Source: Eledone cirrhosa
Taxonomy: Eukaryota
Assembly (NCBI GenBank): GCA_964016885.1
Contig: OZ024743.1
Coordinates: 310,124,001 to 310,188,000, forward strand
Direction: 5' to 3'
DNA: 64,000 nucleotides
Part shown: positions 55,955-64,000 of the stretch, in pieces
Position numbering within the stretch: position 1 is the stretch's first letter
Layout of the letters: each line of letters begins with the position of its first letter
Notes under the pieces: model-generated
Told to the model about the DNA's origin: nothing
Databases searched by the model: none
Seen by the model: the letters and a program-made list of their open reading frames with translations, nothing else
Position numbers and translations under genes: made by a program

Positions 55955-58255
55955 TCAATCCTGGTAGTATTTATAATATGAAAATGTAGATTTTAAGCGA
56001 TGGTTACAGTATAACGATCGCTCTATTCTGTTATTTAATAAAATGTTTTTGGATTTCATAATACAAAATAATTCTACATTACATAATCTACAAAATTCCT
56101 GTCCATTGGAATATGGGGGGGGGGCAGTCGCTATTATATCCCATTTTAGGTGAAATTGTTGGTTATTTTCACGCAGCTGCCAAGCCTTGTCTGCGAGTGT
56201 TGTTACATAACGCTGGTTTTCATGTTTTATCGAATAACGATGTCTATAAAGGCGTGATTTAAAGGAGGTGGCTGTAGATCCCACATAGTACCACTTCTGT
56301 CTATCCGATTCGATAGTACATTTGTATACGATGTTGCGTTCAAGACACTGGTTGTTCAACGGACACATTCCTGGTTGGACACAGTTGCAATTACAATTTT
56401 GCGTTGTTGTATTGCCATGGATGGGTTGATGAGGTTGCTTATGTAGAACAGGATGTTGTTTGTTGTTTTGTGATGTTATAGCTAATGTTTTAAGTGTATT
56501 GTTATGTGTTGGAAGGCGTTTATACAACCGTTTTGCGTTAAGCATTTTTATATGTTGTTCAATATTAGGGGCGGTTGAATATGAAAGTCGGATGGTGTTA
56601 GGGTTTAAGATTTTATTATATTTATGTGATGTTGGAAAGTGTTTTCTAACTAATCGAAAGAATTTTGAGGGTAGATTGGTTTTAATAGATTTGTTATAGA
56701 CCGGGTTGTACCAGATATACTCCTTACATCGCCTTCTGTTTGGTGGTGTGCGACTATTATTGTGTCTATTGCGGTAGTGTATGTATGGTGGTGATTCTGT
56801 GCTATTTCTACTCCTATGTGATTTATTTTGGGTGTTTTGGTGATCATTGACTATATACTCTATATTATCTAGGTGACCGGCTTTCCTAAGTGCATCATCA
56901 TAATACTCGGCATGTTCTTTGAAGGTTTGTTGGTTGGACGATAGGCGGGAGATTCTAAGAGAAACATTTCTAGGGATGGATTTAATTATAGAGAGTGGAT
57001 GGTTAGAACTCGTATTTACATATTTAAGGTTCTCATTTAGTTTATGGAACGGTTTAATCGTATCTGTATTGAGATTGAAAGTAACATCAAGGAAATTGAC
57101 CTCTTTGAGGTTATATTCAAATGTAATATTTAATCCTAGTTCTTTAAAAAGTTTTCTGATATTTTTACGCATCCTTTCTAAATTCTGGTTATTCATATTC
57201 TTAACTAATAGGAGCGCATCGTCACGGTAAATTCCACCGTGGAGATCCTTGAATTTTCCTTGTAATCTGTGGGTGATATAAATTCCCACAAGATCTGTTA
57301 CCTCCGCCGAATCATTAGAACCCATAGTGATATCAAAATTAGAAGGTCTATCTTTGCGAACCCAGTAGCTATCATCGAATTTAACTATAGTTTTTCTCGC
57401 TTCCATAATAATTTTAATTTCAGCATCCGTAAGGTCGGAATTATCCTTAGCGAACGAAAGAGCTTCATGTAGAGTATCAGGTGAAATTGAGGAATAATAT
57501 TCATCAATATCAAACTGAATAAATTTTGATTTTTTCTTATCAGTAATGTTGTTAAACCATCTTATTGCTTCATGAGTGTTACCCCATAGTTTAATCTCTA
57601 CTTTAACCTTAACTTGGGGGATAATTCTGTCTAGTATATATTTGCTAATTTTACCTATATCTGATTTAGAGGGGCATATAAGTCTAATATTAGGGTTAGT
57701 ATCGAAGTTTACCTTGTGGTCCTTCAGGTTGAAGGATGGTATAGCTGGTGTTAAGGGTTGCGTTCTATCGTCAATACAAAGTTTTTTAACAATATCACAT
57801 GCCGAGTTGTTGATGTTTTTAAGTGTGGCTTCATTAGTTTTCCTGTATTTTTTATGCAATTCCTTACGGATGAAGTTATTGTAAGTGTCCACATCCATGG
57901 TATATACGTTTGATGTTTTGTCTGCTCTAACAATAACTCCATTGGCGTTTTTTAGATTATTGAGCAGTGCCGTGATGTCATTCTGTAGTTTATTGTTCTT
58001 ACGTTTTGTAAATTTGATCTCCATGATCATATCCATTAGGTCTTGTTCAAATGCATCCAAAAGTGGGTTTGAGGGTGGGTTCTTGTAAGATTTAAATCCA
58101 AATTTATCCTTGTTAAGATCCGATGTTTGGTTTATACGGCTTTTGTCAAAATGGAATGTTTTCCATCTGATTCGTCGAATAAAATCATTGGTCCTTCGTA
58201 TCATACCTAGAATATATTCCCTTTTTGCCTGAATAGGTATGTTTTTTAACGACAT
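55955..58255 (-). CDS. PLE RT + C-terminal GIY-YIG endonuclease, uninterrupted 766-aa frame from MSLKNIP
   Basis: FIQFDIDEYY, FDITMGS, IYRDDAL, NFLDV, CNC..CPL..C, IVYKC..YYVGST, KW, CRLC, LNNR.E, CNH; the extra N-terminus in the ORF track is read-through from the inversion junction. Confidence 0.9.
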   Translation of the reverse strand: MSLKNIPIQAKREYILGMIRRTNDFIRRIRWKTFHFDKSRINQTSDLNKDKFGFKSYKNPPSNPLLDAFEQDLMDMIMEIKFTKRKNNKLQNDITALLNNLKNANGVIVRADKTSNVYTMDVDTYNNFIRKELHKKYRKTNEATLKNINNSACDIVKKLCIDDRTQPLTPAIPSFNLKDHKVNFDTNPNIRLICPSKSDIGKISKYILDRIIPQVKVKVEIKLWGNTHEAIRWFNNITDKKKSKFIQFDIDEYYSSISPDTLHEALSFAKDNSDLTDAEIKIIMEARKTIVKFDDSYWVRKDRPSNFDITMGSNDSAEVTDLVGIYITHRLQGKFKDLHGGIYRDDALLLVKNMNNQNLERMRKNIRKLFKELGLNITFEYNLKEVNFLDVTFNLNTDTIKPFHKLNENLKYVNTSSNHPLSIIKSIPRNVSLRISRLSSNQQTFKEHAEYYDDALRKAGHLDNIEYIVNDHQNTQNKSHRSRNSTESPPYIHYRNRHNNSRTPPNRRRCKEYIWYNPVYNKSIKTNLPSKFFRLVRKHFPTSHKYNKILNPNTIRLSYSTAPNIEQHIKMLNAKRLYKRLPTHNNTLKTLAITSQNNKQHPVLHKQPHQPIHGNTTTQNCNCNCVQPGMCPLNNQCLERNIVYKCTIESDRQKWYYVGSTATSFKSRLYRHRYSIKHENQRYVTTLADKAWQLRENNQQFHLKWDIIATAPPPYSNGQEFCRLCNVELFCIMKSKNILLNNRIERSLYCNHRLKSTFSYYKYYQD

Positions 58256-58279
58256 ATCCAATTGGTGCCATAAATTATT

Positions 58280-59730
58280 ATGGAAGCGAGAAAAACTATA
58301 GTTAAATTCGATGATAGCTACTGGGTTCGCAAAGATAGACCTTCTAATTTTGATATCACTATGGGTTCTAATGATTCGGCGGAGGTAACAGATCTTGTGG
58401 GAATTTATATCACCCACAGATTACAAGGAAAATTCAAGGATCTCCACGGTGGAATTTACCGTGACGATGCGCTCCTATTAGTTAAGAATATGAATAACCA
58501 GAATTTAGAAAGGATGCGTAAAAATATCAGAAAACTTTTTAAAGAACTAGGATTAAATATTACATTTGAATATAACCTCAAAGAGGTCAATTTCCTTGAT
58601 GTTACTTTCAATCTCAATACAGATACGATTAAACCGTTCCATAAACTAAATGAGAACCTTAAATATGTAAATACGAGTTCTAACCATCCACTCTCTATAA
58701 TTAAATCCATCCCTAGAAATGTTTCTCTTAGAATCTCCCGCCTATCGTCCAACCAACAAACCTTCAAAGAACATGCCGAGTATTATGATGATGCACTTAG
58801 GAAAGCCGGTCACCTAGATAATATAGAGTATATAGTCAATGATCACCAAAACACCCAAAATAAATCACATAGGAGTAGAAATAGCACAGAATCACCACCA
58901 TACATACACTACCGCAATAGACACAATAATAGTCGCACACCACCAAACAGAAGGCGATGTAAGGAGTATATCTGGTACAACCCGGTCTATAACAAATCTA
59001 TTAAAACCAATCTACCCTCAAAATTCTTTCGATTAGTTAGAAAACACTTTCCAACATCACATAAATATAATAAAATCTTAAACCCTAACACCATCCGACT
59101 TTCATATTCAACCGCCCCTAATATTGAACAACATATAAAAATGCTTAACGCAAAACGGTTGTATAAACGCCTTCCAACACATAACAATACACTTAAAACA
59201 TTAGCTATAACATCACAAAACAACAAACAACATCCTGTTCTACATAAGCAACCTCATCAACCCATCCATGGCAATACAACAACGCAAAATTGTAATTGCA
59301 ACTGTGTCCAACCAGGAATGTGTCCGTTGAACAACCAGTGTCTTGAACGCAACATCGTATACAAATGTACTATCGAATCGGATAGACAGAAGTGGTACTA
59401 TGTGGGATCTACAGCCACCTCCTTTAAATCACGCCTTTATAGACATCGTTATTCGATAAAACATGAAAACCAGCGTTATGTAACAACACTCGCAGACAAG
59501 GCTTGGCAGCTGCGTGAAAATAACCAACAATTTCACCTAAAATGGGATATAATAGCGACTGCCCCCCCCCATATTCCAATGGACAGGAATTTTGTAGATT
59601 ATGTAATGTAGAATTATTTTGTATTATGAAATCCAAAAACATTTTATTAAATAACAGAATAGAGCGATCGTTATACTGTAACCATCGCTTAAAATCTACA
59701 TTTTCATATTATAAATACTACCAGGATTGA
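58280..59730 (+). pseudogene. 5'-truncated copy of the H1 ORF with a C9 frameshift
   Basis: ORFs 58280-59611 and 59542-59730. Confidence 0.9.
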
Positions 59731-60200
59731 ACGCCTGTCTCTATCCCCGTTTGATTGTCAAAATAGATATGAACATTCTTTATTAGTCTTAATTCTATCA
59801 ACTCTTCTATTATTTACCTTTTAATACAAACTGCTATAGATAAAATGAGATTTCTGATTTTTTGATTCAATTCCCTAGAGCAAATACCAGCTGACCACTA
59901 GCATTGATGTTATTTAGTAGCAATCGAAATCTCCCCCTTCCCCAATTGACACTTTATGATTAATACTACTGCACCAAATGACCAGCCCTGTCCACTGTCC
60001 AGTTGGTCAAGTAGAGATTAAAATCGGCACCCCCAAAATTCTTATTTAGATTTACTCATGGTATTCTCATTAAAAACCCATTATATACTTGTTTAGCAGT
60101 AAATTATTTTACCATCTGTCATATTCTATCCCCTCTGTTCCTTCCTCTTTTACTAATATAAATACTTCAATTTTTCTGATTTTATCCAGTTTATCCAAAA

Positions 60201-60320
60201 TCTCTGAAGAAGTGACAACTGATTATACATTTGCTATCGAATACTTGCTAACATTATATGATTACGCAAGCAGCGATACATAGGTATTCGGTCTGTTACA
60301 GAAACATATGTCAATACCTA
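60201..60320 (+). ncRNA. Atypical hammerhead motif in the H1 pLTR (also 63318-63437 + and 55365-55484 -)
   Basis: CTGAAGA-agtgaca..~75 nt..tgttaca-GAAAC-atat-GTC; stem I poorly paired. Confidence 0.6.
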
Positions 60321-60526
60321 ATAAATTCCTTTTTTAACAAAAGCACTTTCATTTTATATTCATCCTTTCTACATTTCTCCGGAATATAATTTATACTCGT
60401 TGAGCAAACCTGCACGTACGCTGTTCATCTCTAACGTAACGATATATTATCACTACATTATTGATAACCTGAAATTTTATTAATCTCCTATACAGTTGAG
60501 CAACTAATTCAGCATACGCTTCTAAA

Positions 60527-62847
60527 ATGGAAAGGCACCAATTGGATATGTCGTTAAAAAACATACCTATTCAGGCAAAAAGGGAATATATTCTAGGTAT
60601 GATACGAAGGACCAATGATTTTATTCGACGAATCAGATGGAAAACATTCCATTTTGACAAAAGCCGTATAAACCAAACATCGGATCTTAACAAGGATAAA
60701 TTTGGATTTAAATCTTACAAGAACCCACCCTCAAACCCACTTTTGGATGCATTTGAACAAGACCTAATGGATATGATCATGGAGATCAAATTTACAAAAC
60801 GTAAGAACAATAAACTACAGAATGACATCACGGCACTGCTCAATAATCTAAAAAACGCCAATGGAGTTATTGTTAGAGCAGACAAAACATCAAACGTATA
60901 TACCATGGATGTGGACACTTGCAATAACTTCATCCGTAAGGAATTGCATAAAAAATACAGGAAAACTAATGAAGCCACACTTAAAAACATCAACAACTCG
61001 GCATGTGATATTGTTAAAAAACTTTGTATTGACGATAGAACGCAACCCTTAACACCAGCTATACCATCCTTCAACCTGAAGGACCACAAGGTAAACTTCG
61101 ATACTAACCCTAATATTAGACTTATATGCCCCTCTAAATCAGATATAGGTAAAATTAGCAAATATATACTAGACAGAATTATCCCCCAAGTTAAGGTTAA
61201 AGTAGAGATTAAACTATGGGGTAACACTCATGAAGCAATAAGATGGTTTAACAACATTACTGATAAGAAAAAATCAAAATTTATTCAGTTTGATATTGAT
61301 GAATATTATTCCTCAATTTCACCTGATACTCTACATGAAGCTCTTTCGTTCGCTAAGGATAATTCCGACCTTACGGATGCTGAAATTAAAATTATTATGG
61401 AAGCGAGAAAAACTATAGTTAAATTCGATGATAGCTACTGGGTTCGCAAAGATAGACCTTCTAATTTTGATATCACTATGGGTTCTAATGATTCGGCGGA
61501 GGTAACAGATCTTGTGGGAATTTATATCACCCACAGATTACAAGGAAAATTCAAGGATCTCCACGGTGGAATTTACCGTGACGATGCGCTCCTATTAGTT
61601 AAGAATATGAATAACCAGAATTTAGAAAGGATGCGTAAAAATATCAGAAAACTTTTTAAAGAACTAGGATTAAATATTACATTTGAATATAACCTCAAAG
61701 AGGTCAATTTCCTTGATGTTACTTTCAATCTCAATACAGATACGATTAAACCGTTCCATAAACTAAATGAGAACCTTAAATATGTAAATACGAGTTCTAA
61801 CCATCCACTCTCTATAATTAAATCCATCCCTAGAAATGTTTCTCTTAGAATCTCCCGCCTATCGTCCAACCAACAAACCTTCAAAGAACATGCCGAGTAT
61901 TATGATGATGCACTTAGGAAAGCCGGTCACCTAGATAATATAGAGTATATAGTCAATGATCACCAAAACACCCAAAATAAATCACATAGGAGTAGAAATA
62001 GCACAGAATCACCACCATACATACACTACCGCAATAGACACAATAATAGTCGCACACCACCAAACAGAAGGCGATGTAAGGAGTATATCTGGTACAACCC
62101 GGTCTATAACAAATCTATTAAAACCAATCTACCCTCAAAATTCTTTCGATTAGTTAGAAAACACTTTCCAACATCACATAAATATAATAAAATCTTAAAC
62201 CCTAACACCATCCGACTTTCATATTCAACCGCCCCTAATATTGAACAACATATAAAAATGCTTAACGCAAAACGGTTGTATAAACGCCTTCCAACACATA
62301 ACAATACACTTAAAACATTAGCTATAACATCACAAAACAACAAACAACATCCTGTTCTACATAAGCAACCTCATCAACCCATCCATGGCAATACAACAAC
62401 GCAAAATTGTAATTGCAACTGTGTCCAACCAGGAATGTGTCCGTTGAACAACCAGTGTCTTGAACGCAACATCGTATACAAATGTACTATCGAATCGGAT
62501 AGACAGAAGTGGTACTATGTGGGATCTACAGCCACCTCCTTTAAATCACGCCTTTATAGACATCGTTATTCGATAACACATGAAAACCAGCGTTATGTAA
62601 CAACACTCGCAGACAAGGCTTGGCAGCTGCGTGAAAATAACCAACAATTTCACCTAAAATGGGATATAATAGCGACTGCCCCCCCCCATATTCCAATGGA
62701 CAGGAATTTTGTAGATTATGTAATGTAGAATTATTTTGTATTATGAAATCCAAAAACATTTTATTAAATAACAGAATAGAGCGATCGTTATACTGTAACC
62801 ATCGCTTAAAATCTACATTTTCATATTATAAATACTACCAGGATTGA
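60527..62847 (+). CDS. Full-length H1 RT-GIY-YIG ORF with one frameshift in a C9 run at ~62679-62687
   Basis: 733-aa ORF plus C-terminus in ORF 62659-62847. Confidence 0.88.
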
Positions 62848-63600
62848 ACGCCTGTCTCTATCCCCGTTTGATTGTCAAAATAGATATGAACATTCTTTAT
62901 TAGTCTTAATTCTATCAACTCTTCTATTATTTACCTTTTAATACAAACTGCTATAGATAAAATGAGATTTCTGATTTTTTGATTCAATTCCCTAGAGCAA
63001 ATACCAGCTGACCACTAGCATTGATGTTATTTAGTAGCAATCGAAATCTCCCCCTTCCCCAATTGACACTTTATGATTAATACTACTGCACCAAATGACC
63101 AGCCCTGTCCACTGTCCAGTTGGTCAAGTAGAGATTAAAATCGGCACCCCCAAAATTCTTATTTAGATTTACTCATGGTATTCTCATTAAAAACCCATTA
63201 TATACTTGTTTAGCAGTAAATTATTTTACCATCTGTCATATTCTATCCCCTCTGTTCCTTCCTCTTTTACTAATATAAATACTTCAATTTCTCTGATTTT
63301 ATCCAGTTTATCCAAAATCTCTGAAGAAGTGACAACTGATTATACATTTGCTATCGAATACTTGCTAACATTATATGATTACGCAAGCAGCGATACATAG
63401 GTATTCGGTCTGTTACAGAAACATATGTCAATACCTAATAAATTCCTTTTTTAACAAAAGCACTTTCATTTTATATTCATCCTTTCTACATTTCTCCGGA
63501 ATATAATTTATACTCGTTGAGCAAACCTGCACGTACGCTGTTCATCTCTAACGTAACGATATATTATCACTACATTATTGATAACCTGAAATTTTATATA

Positions 63601-63641
<41 letters not shown>

Positions 63642-63756
63642 TATACTTACACACACACATATATATATATATATATGTATATTATATATATATATTATAC
63701 ATATATATATTATATATATGTATATATATATATATATTATATATATATATTATACC

Positions 63757-63790
<34 letters not shown>

Positions 63791-63799
63791 ATTATACAC

Positions 63800-63836
<37 letters not shown>

Positions 63837-64000
63837 ATTATACATATATATATATGTATATATATATATTATATATATATGTTATAAATATATATATATA
63901 TATATATTATATATATTATAAATATATATATATATATATATATAATATATATATATATATTATACATATATATATATTATACATATATATATATATATAT

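Larger units (their letters stand above)
55315..63597. mobile_element. Young Hydra-like PLE family H1: inverted copy (55315-58271), partial sense copy, then full sense copy; period 3117 bp
   Basis: Three copies differing by only a few bases; flanked by (TA)n on both sides. Confidence 0.95.

Noticed and set aside
58256-58417. 54-aa N-terminal extension of the 820-aa ORF (same effect in ORF 53238-54074)
   Set aside because: Mostly antisense read-through across the inversion junction; absent from the full-length copy

Overview
AT-rich animal non-genic DNA, very probably octopus: it carries a cephalopod-type tRNA-derived SINE and an OK-SINE-like LINE tail, both recognised from memory. No host protein-coding gene is evident. 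The window is a (TA)n microsatellite field packed with retroelement inserts. Most are Penelope-like elements (PLEs) of at least three clades (Hydra-like, Neptune-like, a third possibly Nematis-like), mostly as tail-out inverted pairs, including a near-intact young 3117-bp RT+GIY-YIG element at 55.3-63.6 kb. There is also a decayed near-full-length CR1-like LINE whose ORF1 appears to combine a Myb/trihelix-like domain with a CCCH finger, CR1 and RTE fragments, and a tRNA-Leu(AAG). The main hidden signal, found by manual folding, is about a dozen families of type I hammerhead ribozymes (HHRs), several with compensatory base changes. Many have large stem-II insertions or non-canonical cores (U3-A8, C4, C3/A8). 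Three families sit in non-coding tandem repeats of about 430, 530 and 630 nt that look like retrozymes mobilised by the PLEs. Element boundaries are approximate and ribozyme activity is inferred, not tested.
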